From: Selaginella moellendorffii
Lineage: Eukaryota; Plantae; Lycopodiophyta
DNA: 64,000 nucleotides
Assembly (NCBI RefSeq): GCF_000143415.4
Contig: NW_003314279.1
Location: 744,130-808,129 of the forward strand
Direction: 5' to 3'
The notes below the pieces were generated by a model. That model did no database searches. It saw nothing but the letters and a program-made list of their open reading frames with translations, and had not been told where the DNA came from. Below are positions 26,395 to 37,375 of the stretch, one piece after another (within the stretch, counting starts at the first letter, position 1; every line of letters starts with the position of its first letter). Made by a program: the position numbers and the translations under genes.

Positions 26395-28149
26395 ATGTAT
26401 TATCATTTTCTTAAGCAAATCCGAAACAATAAAGTTTATAACTCCATTGCACAATATAATGAATTTTACAAAAGTAAAAAACCTTCAAAAACTAGTTCTA
26501 AAACCCTAATGGATAATTTTCCAGATAGATATCTTCAGTGGATGGCCAAGAACATGAAAAAATCTACCTCAGGGAACTTTGCCAGCAACATTCTTGCAAA
26601 ACGGGTTGAGCAACCGTCAATTCCATTGGAGGCTGATGCTCTTCGCAGCAGACTTGTAAATCAGCTCTGCCACTGTGCTGCAACAAAGGATCTGGCTGAG
26701 GGAAAACGTCTCCATTCGTTGATTCTCACGTCGTTCGAGCTCCAGCATGATCGTTTCCTGCTTAACACACTGCTCCAAATGTATGGCAAATGCGGTGATA
26801 TTGCAGCCGCGTGCCGTGTCTTCGATCAGATCAAGGATCCCAATGTATTCTCCTCTGCAATATTGATCGCTGCATTTGCCAATAACGGGCATCTTGAGGG
26901 CGCACTCCCTGTCTTTGAAAGAATGCGTGAGTGTGATATAGTTTCCTTCAACACAATTCTCCAAGCTCTTGCGCAGCACTCCATGCTCGATCAAGCAAAA
27001 GTACTGTTTGACTCTATGCCCGAGCACAACACTGTCTCCGGCAACACTATTCTATCTGCATATGCCCAAAGTGGGCATTATTCTTATGCAGAGGCAGTGT
27101 TCGAATCCATGCCTCTTGTGGATACCATCACATGTACCGCCATGGGGTCGGCATATTCTGCCTCCGGGAAACTCGAGCAGGCAAAGGCACTGCTGAATCT
27201 TATCCCCGAAAAAGACTGCGTTGCATGGAACGTGACCCTAACTGCATATGCCGCTGAGGGGAATCTGGAGAAATGTAAGCAAATCTTTCTGGATATGCCC
27301 GAAAAGGACGTAGTATCATGGACAGCGCTGCTCCAGGCTTATTCCTTGGCCGGTGACGTAGAAGCAGCAGCATGGGCGTTTGATTCCATGCCCGAGCACG
27401 ATAGCATCGCTTCATCAAATATGCTTTATGCATTTGCCAGATCTGGGCATCTGGCAGACGCGAGGGCAGTGTACGACCGTGCGCCAGGGCCAAGCACCGC
27501 CGCCTGCAACGCCATGGTGGCGGCATATGGCATGCACGGTGACGTGCACGCTGCCGTGGCCACCTTCTATGCGATGCCGTACGCAAACGTTACGTCGTGG
27601 AACGCTGTCTTGCACGCACTTGCCCACGGTACGGGCGTGCATGAGGCGGGGAGATTCTTCGTACGGATCCCTGTGTGGGATGTGATCTCGTGGAACACGA
27701 TGATCGTGAGCTATGCCCACTCGGGCAATGGGAAGAACGCGATCGATCTCTTCCGGAAGATGGGGCTTCTCGGGATCCATCCAAACGAGATCACCCTGCT
27801 GGGCGTGCTTCTCGCGTGTAGCCACATTGGGAGATTGCGGGAAGGCTGGAGGATCTTGGCGGCGATGGAGGACGATTTCGGCGTGAATCGCAGCGCCGAT
27901 CACTACTGTGCGATGGCGGACGCCACGGGGAGAATTGGGCAGCTTGGAATCGCCGAGCGGCTCATCCAGGAAATGCCGTTCGATGCCGACAATGCCGCCT
28001 GGGGCTGCCTGCTGGGGTCGTGCTTGATCCACAGCGATCTGGAGCGAGGCGCTGCCGCGGCGAAGCGGCTGCTGGAGCTGGATCCCGGGAGTGCCGCTGG
28101 GCACGTCCGATTGAGCAACGTCTTTGCTCCCCGGAGCCAAGAGGCCTAA
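26395..28149 (+). CDS. PLS-class pentatricopeptide repeat protein with E domain (true start probably near 26509-26554)
   Basis: MYGKCGDI..AC.VFDQI..PNVFS, repeated S motifs, DHYCAMADATGRIGQL, AWGCLLGSC. The first ~40 codons are AT-rich and probably untranslated. Confidence 0.9.
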   Translation: MYYHFLKQIRNNKVYNSIAQYNEFYKSKKPSKTSSKTLMDNFPDRYLQWMAKNMKKSTSGNFASNILAKRVEQPSIPLEADALRSRLVNQLCHCAATKDLAEGKRLHSLILTSFELQHDRFLLNTLLQMYGKCGDIAAACRVFDQIKDPNVFSSAILIAAFANNGHLEGALPVFERMRECDIVSFNTILQALAQHSMLDQAKVLFDSMPEHNTVSGNTILSAYAQSGHYSYAEAVFESMPLVDTITCTAMGSAYSASGKLEQAKALLNLIPEKDCVAWNVTLTAYAAEGNLEKCKQIFLDMPEKDVVSWTALLQAYSLAGDVEAAAWAFDSMPEHDSIASSNMLYAFARSGHLADARAVYDRAPGPSTAACNAMVAAYGMHGDVHAAVATFYAMPYANVTSWNAVLHALAHGTGVHEAGRFFVRIPVWDVISWNTMIVSYAHSGNGKNAIDLFRKMGLLGIHPNEITLLGVLLACSHIGRLREGWRILAAMEDDFGVNRSADHYCAMADATGRIGQLGIAERLIQEMPFDADNAAWGCLLGSCLIHSDLERGAAAAKRLLELDPGSAAGHVRLSNVFAPRSQEA

Positions 28150-28722
28150 AATATTTGAATTCTAGCGTACATGGTCGAAATGCGTGTTGTACGCCAAGAA
28201 ATCTGGCTCGAACGGAGCCTCCCAGCCCGTCCAAGGAGGTCGATCGCACACGTAATGCGCGATTGCAGGGGCCAGCGAGACGCCACGGCATTCTCTCAAA
28301 CAGGTCGCTCGCCTGATAAAGAAACCCATTCTGCATGTAGCACGAGACGAACGACACCTTGTTTTTAGATTCTATCCTTTCTCTATGGAAACATCATCAG
28401 TGCGGGTAAAAGCTACGATCATCACGACACAAGAAACGGTTATATCTAACTGAGGATTAGATCTAGAAGTCTGTATGCGCAAATGAAAGTGTCAATGACG
28501 AAGAAGAATCCATTTTCGACGTGCTGAGCTCCACGCAATAACTCCCTGGCCTCATGGAGCCGTGATTTTCTGCCAAGGCTCCCAGCATCGTGTTCCATGA
28601 GACCACATCCTTTCCGGGTATTTCAGCGAAGAGGGCCCTGGCCGAGTCCAAATGCCTGCTTTTGGGAGAGTGCCACGGGCCAGGAGAAGACATTCGGCCC
28701 ATCCAAGGCACTGAACATCCAG
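28150..28722 (-). pseudogene. Broken PPR gene fragments
   Basis: MFSALDGPNVFSW…HLDSARALFAEIPGKDVVSWNTMLGALAEN and YMQNGFLYQASDLFERMP fall in different frames. Confidence 0.7.
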
Positions 28723-28744
28723 CCAATGTGTATCTCGTGGAGTT

Positions 28745-28828
28745 TCGATTATCAAACCTGTGCTCTAAAGCCTGCTGTGCAGTTATCCTAGCTTTGGGGT
28801 CATACTTACCGAGCAAAGTTCCAAACAA
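28745..28828 (-). pseudogene. Short protein-kinase C-terminal (subdomain XI) fragment, CDK/MAPK-like
   Basis: LLGKYDPKARITAQQALEHRF matches the CMGC kinase pattern LL.YDP..RITA..AL.HPF. Confidence 0.6.
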
Positions 28829-28999
28829 ATAAACCCAAACGTGTTAAATTTTGCTCCAACTTAAAAACCTAAACGATTCTAAAAGAATATTTTAAATATT
28901 TGAATATTCTACTACATGATTTCAATCACTTAGATCATCATCATCAACCTAATCTTCCACAGCACTTTCATCTATCTCTTGTAAAAGTTCGTAGAATTT

Positions 29000-29560
29000 T
29001 CCATCCTTTGCTACATATGCAAAAGCCTCTCTCAAGGATCAATCTCCTTACAAGGGGTACCCTTAGTCTCTATGAGCCAGACTAACTTCAAGTTAGTGTA
29101 ACAATACACTAACTTTTCCATGTTCAATGTTAGCAATTGAGCTCTTCTCAGACTGGACAATGCTTCAGGCACTCTAATTTCTTTCAACATCAGAAACTGA
29201 AAATGCATTAGCTGAGCACCCATATAGCCACCTTTTGCAGGTCAGGGAGTTGAGATGCATATTCTCCCCATCAAAACATCTCTTACGCATGTTTCTTTGA
29301 GCTAGATTATGTCTCATCTTTGCAGATTGATTTTTCTTGAAATCACAAAATTGAAGCATAAAATTTTCCTGAAGCTTCAAATCCCCTTTTGAAAGTTTTT
29401 CAAAGTATGCATGGATGTCATTGTTAGCTTTGACATCCTTGTCCATGTCCATCCACAATGGATGTAAATAGGATCCCACACTTTGTAGGCAATTGTGTAT
29501 CATGAGCTAATTGTTTGGAGTAGATTGATCATTATTGTATATGAATTCTTAACCACTTCA
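29000..29560 (-). mobile_element. hAT transposase relic (C-terminal dimerisation domain)
   Basis: Across frameshifts: YLHP…, PDLQKVAIWVLS, SVSDVERN*SA*SIVQS, MEKLVYCYTNLKL. Confidence 0.8.
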
Positions 29561-29599
29561 ATTCTTTACATGTGCACCACAACATCGTCAACCAACTTT

Positions 29600-30771
29600 T
29601 ATAGTCTCTTTTTCAATAAAGATTAAAAGATAGATAATATCAAAGTCAGAGACAATGATATCGTAAAGACAACAAATTATTAATTAATTATTCTACACAA
29701 AAGCATTCCAAATAAGTTATCATCTGATAAATTAGTATATTGAAGGAACCACCAAAATCATCATAATTAGAAGACATAACATTAACTATTGAGCAAAATT
29801 CAATAGCAAGTGTATCATCGAACTAAAGTGAAGACAATGAGATGGATTTATATAGTACACAACCTCCTAACAAACAATACAAGTACTAATATCTCAACTG
29901 CAAACAACTAAATTGGACATTACTATCCTTAGCTAAAGCATAAAGCCTTCAAGATCAAATCAAGATCAATGAAAACTCACTACTTTCATAAAGTTTATTG
30001 AAATGCAATATGCTATTAAGCAAAACACTATAGAAGAAAGATATAAGGGTCATTTTTCTAAAAAAGCGTAATAACCATTTTCCACACCAACTCTAAACTC
30101 TATCAAACTCAATTGCTTTAGCCTCAAAAGTTAGCATTCCTTTCAAGCTACATCATAAAAATTACTTACTAAGGTTTAAGCTAATTAAAGTCACCTTTAA
30201 CCCTTTCACTAGCTTGCAATGGCTTACGAAAATAGAATGGTTTTCAAGTAAAATGATCAATGGATTAGCCATAGGAAAAGTCTAAGAAAATTTATGGAAA
30301 TTTTCCAACCTAGAAAAAGAATGACTCTTAGTCTAAAAATGTAAATTTCCAAGAATTAACCAACTTCCTTTTACTTACAACTTCCAAATTTGTATGATCC
30401 AATAATATGCTTAAACATCAAATATTATGCCTATATAATCAACAGCCGATAAAAATATCTAGAAATGCCAATGAATACCCAAAACTTGATGAATACTACA
30501 TTTTTGGATTTCTATATTGCACTAACACTATTTTTTAATCACCTTCAAGATCAAATATAAAGCCAAAATATTAACAAAAAAAAATGACATGAAAATCAAG
30601 TTCCAAAGACAACTCTTCATCATTTGATATAACAATGCTACTTCCACTAACACAAGTGTTAACAATGCAAATGTCTCAACTATACATTTCCTTTATTCAA
30701 CAATCTACTATAAATGTTAATGGATCAACTAACAAATTATAATAAATGAATGTTATAACTTTTTCTAAAGC
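29600..30771 (-). mobile_element. Decayed LTR-element internal region, left part; interrupted by the 12.9-kb DNA transposon and probably continuing at 43720-44530
   Basis: 29640-29820 matches 60970-61160, then jumps to match 63120-64000 (deletion of about 2 kb). Confidence 0.75.
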
Positions 30772-31564
30772 AAGCTCTATTTCGTTAAAGTGGGATTTAT
30801 TCAGTAAAATGGGACTAGGTACAAATTTTCAAGTATTTGAAAATGACGTGAAATTATATGTTTTTTGTCCAGGGGCTAGACATATCTGGGGCATGGTGAC
30901 TAGCGCAGTGACTTTGTGTCTAGACTGAGTCCATCTGGTTGTATAATAAATCTCATTGTCAAGGTGAACAAGCCGAATCTGAAGCTAAAGAAGAGCGATG
31001 GCATGCGCGCACACACTATTTGTTTGTTCATTGAACGTGTAGTGAGCTTTCCAAGATGAACGTCATTCCTATTAGCCAGACATATAACTTAATGGTGAGA
31101 ACATTTAGATATTATTCAATGTTATCTTTTTCTAACGAATCTAATTGTGAAGGTGTAGCAAGAGGCATTGCTAGTCTGGAGAAGTCATTTAACTCATTTG
31201 ACCCTTAGTGTATTTTCATGAAACTAAATAACATTCATATTATTAAGGAATTTCTCTAGTACCTTTTTTATTACGACATAGAGGCTTGCATTTCTTTCAA
31301 AGGTGATTTAGTAAAAGGCCTAAGGGCACATGCCATTCTATTTCTCAGACCGGTATTAAGATATACTAGTGCAAAGGGAAAAAGGTATTTGGTGATCAAG
31401 TAAATGGCATGAGGGCACACGCCATTATAAGCCTAAGCGCTAGTGGACACCTCCTTTTTGGTGTCACGCCTCACGCCATCACGCCATGCCATCACGCCTC
31501 CTCTGATTCAGATTCAGATTGTTCACCTTGAAATAAAATACATTAGAAACTTAGTAAAGGAATA

Positions 31565-34500
31565 TTAATGAATCTCACCTTGAACTCGGGTTATAAATGC
31601 TATTGCTGCATCTCTTGCATGGTCTGGCAAGGTGATGGTGGCACTCTGCTTCCGCATCCAACCATGCACAACATTATCCACCGATATGCTCATGATGGGA
31701 TCCCTTGGATTCAGCACCCATCTCTTTTCTAGGCAATCCTTCGTATATCTGGAACTTGGCTTGAACCACTCCACAGTTACATTGAAGGAGTTAGTTTCCG
31801 CATCCTCCTCTACATCAATGATGCAGCGCCCCACCCATATCATTTGTTTTTTATTACTGGGTCTGATAAGCACGACCATTCCTTTGTAGACCTGTACTGG
31901 ATTGAATGCTGAATCCGACTTCTTGTTCCTCAGCCCACAATAGTGATCCTCAACATCGTTATCTGTCACTGCATTTCCAGAGGACATTGTTCCGCTACTA
32001 TCTGGTGCTCTGGGTTCTGGCCAAAAGGACTCTTCCAATTCTTCATATACAACCAACCCATTTTGGATAGCAGATATAATCTTCTCCCAGTATTCGAGCA
32101 AAGGCTTGCACCTCTTAAAATAGGATTCTCCACCAAACACCAACCCCCTCTTCTAGAAGGCAATATGCTATCTAATCCCGGCCACTATTCTTTCCTGGTC
32201 TTTGAGTCCATCCGGGTGCATCGGCTGTGGGGAACCCTGAGGAATCATAGGTTCCCTAGTTATGGGATCTCTCTTGAAGAGTTCAATGCCGTCCACTGGC
32301 AGCCACACTGTGTCCCATTCTCTCATCTTGTACCTCATCACTGGAGCACCGTCACGCATGCTGAAATGAAACTGAAGAGGCTTGGAGTGGCCAATCAGCG
32401 TTTCGGATCTGTCCCTGATGTAGCCTCTTACAAACCCCTTAAAGTCTGGAACCTCTGTCACAAGTGCAGCTTCAACAGTGCCTTTGATGCAATTTTGGAA
32501 TTCATCGTAGAGTTGTGGGAGGGTGAGGACATTGGATCGCCGGAGGGACTCTGCCAGGTGACTGAACATGGCATCGACGTCTTCATGAGTGTGCCCAACC
32601 ATGAGAAAGCCAAGTGTAACCGTTTCAAATATGCCTTTGGCAACAAGCATCGCCAAGTACGCGAAGATGTACATGTTTTTGTTCTCACTGCCAGCATTGT
32701 TTGTTTGGAGCAGAAGATGGGGTGGAAGGCCACATCGGCCGCAAGAACTTCCTTGAGATTCTGCTTCGTTTGGATGAGGCTGTGCATTCACCGGGCGACT
32801 AGCCTCGTCGGAATGGCATGAGGCCTCACGTGACAACCCTACAATCTGATGGCCAACATATTCACTGGGATGGCATGGGGCCCCACGCAATACTGCAAGC
32901 TTTTGCTCCTCCTCCAGCTGAACCCTGTATGGGGTTCGATCGACAAGGGCCTTATGCAAGGGTTGGCCGTTCAGCTCAGTCTGCGCACTTTGTAGAGACC
33001 TTAAGTGTTTTGCTAGGGACGCAATCATCATGTTTGCACCCCCGCCACCCCATAGAGGTACAAAGAAGTTCCCATAGTTCTGGGCACCATGCCCATGAGC
33101 GATTATGCCAAACAAAGACACAGGCAGCTGCATGGATGAAGAGATTGCCTTGGGGGCAGGATTGAGTCGAGGTAAGCACGTCTTTTTTTGGTCCATTTTG
33201 TCGTGGATGATGCAGAGGTAAGAGTCAGGTCTCTCCATGGAGAGAATCCTGTTATGATAATATGCAGTCCTGTAGCTTCTCTGCTCGATGTTGTGGTCGA
33301 GCCGCCTTTTAACCAACGTCTCTCGCTCTTGAGCGCTGCAAGAATTCTTCGACAAAGCCATTTTGATAGCAGTGCACTCGTCACACTTTGAAAAGCTGGA
33401 GTACTTTCTTATACTCACATCCCTGAACCTGTTGCTCCACAATCTACTAAATCTAGATTGGCTCAGCTTCCTGTAGCCATTACTCTGGAGTTCCCAATTC
33501 ACATCTTCCAATATGGCCCCCTTGGTATACATGGAAGGGAGAACTCGTTGGGTGTCTCGTGTTCCATCTTCCAAGAGGCGGGTTTTATGTGGTTGCTGCT
33601 CGCTACATGTCTCGACAAACCTCTTGAAGATTGCTTCTCCATATACAACATGACCCCTGGTTTTGTGCGTACCGTCGTTCCCATGGACTGCTTGTTGAAC
33701 CCTTTGTTCCTCGAACTCAGTTTTGATTCTGTAGAATGTGCTTCGAGGGACTCCATAAATGATTCTCCATGCCTTCATGCAGACCAAACCCCTCTGGAAG
33801 ACCATGCCCCCCACCTGATGTTCTGAAGCATCAACAGATGATCATAATGCCTCATACACAAAATTGCGAGCTGCCTTCCAGGACAATGTCTTGTATCTTG
33901 CTCTCTCCTCTTCAATAGCATCCCAATTAGCATGTTGACAGCACCTCCTCTTGCAACAAGCAACTGTCGAGACCATTCGAACCTCCATCGCCATTTTTTG
34001 CCTTTTCAGTTTGTTGCTCAGATCCCTTTGGCTGCGCTTTAGGAAGGTGTACTTTCTTTTCCCATGAAGAGATGTTCTGTCATCAGTTGTAGTGGTGTTT
34101 GATTGTGAATCCTTCACATTCTCAAACACTAAATGCCTCAATTTCCACCGCACAATGCTTCCAATAGTCAGATTGTTTTCTTCTGTGTCAACAACCTTTA
34201 AAATCACAACTCCAATATCATCCCAGCCCAATTCTTGATTAGCAACCGCATCTCTTGGATTGACAACTATGGCTAAGCCTTCAGTTACCACCTCCCCCTC
34301 GGGGTTGTTTAGAAACACCTTTGCCTGAATCCATGTAGCACGGTTCTTAAGATCCATGGAGGGAACATGCGTCACACTTGCGTTGTCCTCAACATCTGCT
34401 TTCTTCTACAGATTTTTCAAGGCAACAACAACATTTACCCCGACGACCATCTCTCCTCGTTCAATAGCGACCACATTCCCATCGAAAATAGTCTTTACTG

Positions 34501-34633
34501 ATACAGCAGCATTGCCTTCCCCAAGCCTTTGACAGTGTATAACAAAGTTCCGATCCATAGACACAAGGGTCCCTTTTGCAACTCTCTTCCCACCATTCAA
34601 AATGTAAACCTTTTCCCCAACCCTGAAGGCCAT
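31565..34633 (-). pseudogene. Sola1-like DDD transposase, one reading frame of about 1022 codons with three in-frame stops
   Basis: ORFs 34406-34633, 33842-34375, 32168-33814 and 31565-32143 share one frame (stops TAG 34408, TGA 33844, TAG 32170). Motifs: CC.R.CC…VCMKAWRIIYGV, KCDEC, IIHDKMDQKK (D1), LLQTNNAGSENKN (D2, apparently D to N), FLMVGHTHEDVDAMFS (D3). Confidence 0.85.
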
Positions 34634-34812
34634 TTTGAAAGTGCAGAAAAGAAGTTAAGACCATACAAAAAATGATTGGAGAATGGCCTAAATCATAACA
34701 TACCAAATAGCATAAGGCCACATGCCATTATTCAAACATGCTATTGACACCCATGTGAAATTTCACATTCACAAAATTGGCATGAGCCCTCATGCCATTA
34801 GTGGTACCACTA

Positions 34813-35004
34813 ATGGTATGAGGCCTCACGCTATCTTTGGCCCCTGCTAGCCTGTTGCTATATTCCTTTTGCCTTGCTGCAACTGTATATATTTTTGTGT
34901 GCGTGACTAGTCACCCATACAAAAATATATACAGTTACAGCAAGGCAAAAGGAATATGGCAATAGGCTAGCAGGGGCCAAAGATGGCATGAAGCCTCATG
35001 CCAT
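34813..35004. repeat. 192-bp near-perfect inverted repeat with no loop, capped by a 22-bp palindrome at each end
   Basis: Centre GTGACT|AGTCAC at 34903-34914. Arms atctttggcccctgctagcct…tatatatttttgt and acaaaaatatata…aggctagcaggggccaaagat. Confidence 0.92.
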
Positions 35005-36094
35005 CTTGATATACACACAGCTATAGGCAAGTAAAAACATACATGACAATATGCTAGCCATGAAATTGCAAGGGCCCAAGATGGCATGTGGCCTTATGCC
35101 ATTTCTAAATGTGGTCCTAAGCCATTCCATGGTGAACATACCAGGAAGCACAAGTGCCGAATATCAAGAGGAAGCGGTAGCCACACCAAAGACAGTGCCG
35201 CTCGCAACATCGCAACTACTCGTAGCGCCGCTCGCACAAACTGCCACTCGCATAAACTGCCGCTCGCAATGGCGCTCGCAATGCCGCAACCGCTTGTAGA
35301 CGCATAAACCACAGCTCACAACGCTGCTTACACAAGCAGCGCTCGCTGTGCTCAGTGGAACCAAGAACACGGCACACAAAAATGATAGACCTAGGAATGA
35401 GTTCGAGAATTCAAAAATAACACACGCTTGAACGTCACATCAAATCCTCTGACAAACCAGATCTTATGATTCCTCTGTCAAATTTCAAACTGAGTAGCTT
35501 CTAGACTTTGCTGTCGGAGGTTGAACTTTGTCACATCATGTCCTTGCCTTGATCCAGCTGTGCCATATCAGTGATTCGAACTTTGCCATGCCGTGTCAGC
35601 GATCCGCGCCAAGATTATTCGCCGTGTAAAGGAATAATTATGCTGTGTGTGTACGTCCATTTATGGCAATATAAGGCCACACGCCATTCAAAGAATAATG
35701 CTAGTCAAGCATTTTTGGTGCATTTTTGGGTTCAAAATTGCATGAGCCCACACTCTATAAAGTTTATCTGTACCAAAAATAGAAAAAGCTTTATTTACTT
35801 GGGAATTTAAGTGGTTGAGGCATTTTTAAACTTACAAACACATGCCCTACTTACATTCCTTTGGTTGCTTAAAATTCAAAAATATTATAAACCTTTCTTT
35901 TTGCATTTTCAATGTTTTCAATTATGGTTATTGATTTTCGCAGGACTAGCCTAGTAATCTATTTGCATCCCGTCATGTTTATAGCTAGCTTTCGTTTGTC
36001 CCCTTCGCTAGCCTGAGATACATCTGCTCGGCATCTGCCTCTTACAGCATTTGCCCAGAAAGGGCATCTTTCTTCACGCAGCATTTGCCACATG

Positions 36095-36120
36095 TTTAGG
36101 GTTTAGGGTTTAGGGTTTAG
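36095..36120 (+). repeat. Interstitial plant telomere repeat (TTTAGGG)x3.7
   Basis: tttagggtttagggtttagggtttag inside the transposon's central intergenic region. Confidence 0.85.
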
Positions 36121-37375
36121 CAATTCAGTAGCTTGATAAACATGCAAATACAGAACTTGATGCAAAATCCTTTGATATGTCACAATGCCCCTAGGACCAT
36201 AAACACATTTCAATAGAGAGGGTCCTTTCATTTCATAACTCCTTACGTAGATCTTGGTGAAACCAGAGTTAGTGAAGTTGGTTTCTTGTGATCCCGCATT
36301 TGATTGTGATGTCCCTTTGCAGTGTCGATGGAAAGGTCAATGCACACCAAACTGTAGAATCTTGGAGCAAAATAACAATCGGATCTATGGCAAATGCCTC
36401 TGAAACATTGTAAAGCTCGTGTGGTCTCGTGTGGTGTCCGATCGAGATGCTTCTTTGCAGGGTCATCAAGAAGGACATTGTATACCATTCTGTAAAATCT
36501 AGTTGCGATCTAACGGTTGGATCTCCAGAAAACTCAAAACAATCTCACGCGTGTTAGAATATTCTAGGAATATACTCCTATATGCCCCTGAAAATGGCAT
36601 GCGGCCCCATGCCATTCAAGAGATAACGCCAGATGACGCCGAGCATTTTTTGGTGCATTTTTTGGGATCAAAATTGCATGAGCCCACACGCTTGAATGTC
36701 ACATCAAATCCTCTGACAATTTATTTAGCTGAACATCTGGCATTTTTGGAAATACAAGATGCTTTGGAATATCCAATCATGCATGGTATAAATATAGCGA
36801 GGGTATTAAATGATATCCCAATCATGATCTTTCTTTTGGATTTTGCGTGCATGCAGTCCGAGGAATGATGACGTTGCGGATTTCTTTTGGATTTCACGTG
36901 CATGCATGCGCGCGGCGATCCAGAAATTAATGGTGGCGCCCAAGTCCGAGGAATGATGACGTGGCAGGATTACCAACCGTCGTGACATTTCGCGCGTGTG
37001 AGGTTAGGTTTTGCATTTTGCTTCATACTCGCGCTCGCATCGCGCTCCCACTCGCGATCACGCTCACATTCGCGCTCATCTACCTTCTCTACAGGTTTCT
37101 CGTGTGCATCGGCATCCACTCGCGCTTGCATCACACTCGCGCTCGCATCGCGCTCGTGTGCATCGGCGTCCACTTCAAGACACACCTAGTTTGTAACTTC
37201 GCCGCCAACTCCGCCGCCCACTCCGCCACCCACACGCAGCCCACTTGGCATCCCGGGAGATTTCAGCGCCACTCTCCAACTGTAAGTGGCAGAGTAGCCT
37301 TGCTGCTACGATCTGCTGCACACACAGTGCACATTTGCCAGCGAGTCCGGTTGTCACGCCTCCATTCGGCTTCAA

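Noticed and set aside
31943-32821. 292-aa plus-strand ORF opposite the transposase
   Set aside because: Antisense shadow of the transposase frame with no recognisable motifs.
36243-36488. 81-aa minus-strand ORF in the transposon's central region as a third cargo gene
   Set aside because: Short, no motif and no clear splice partners; cannot be supported without other copies.
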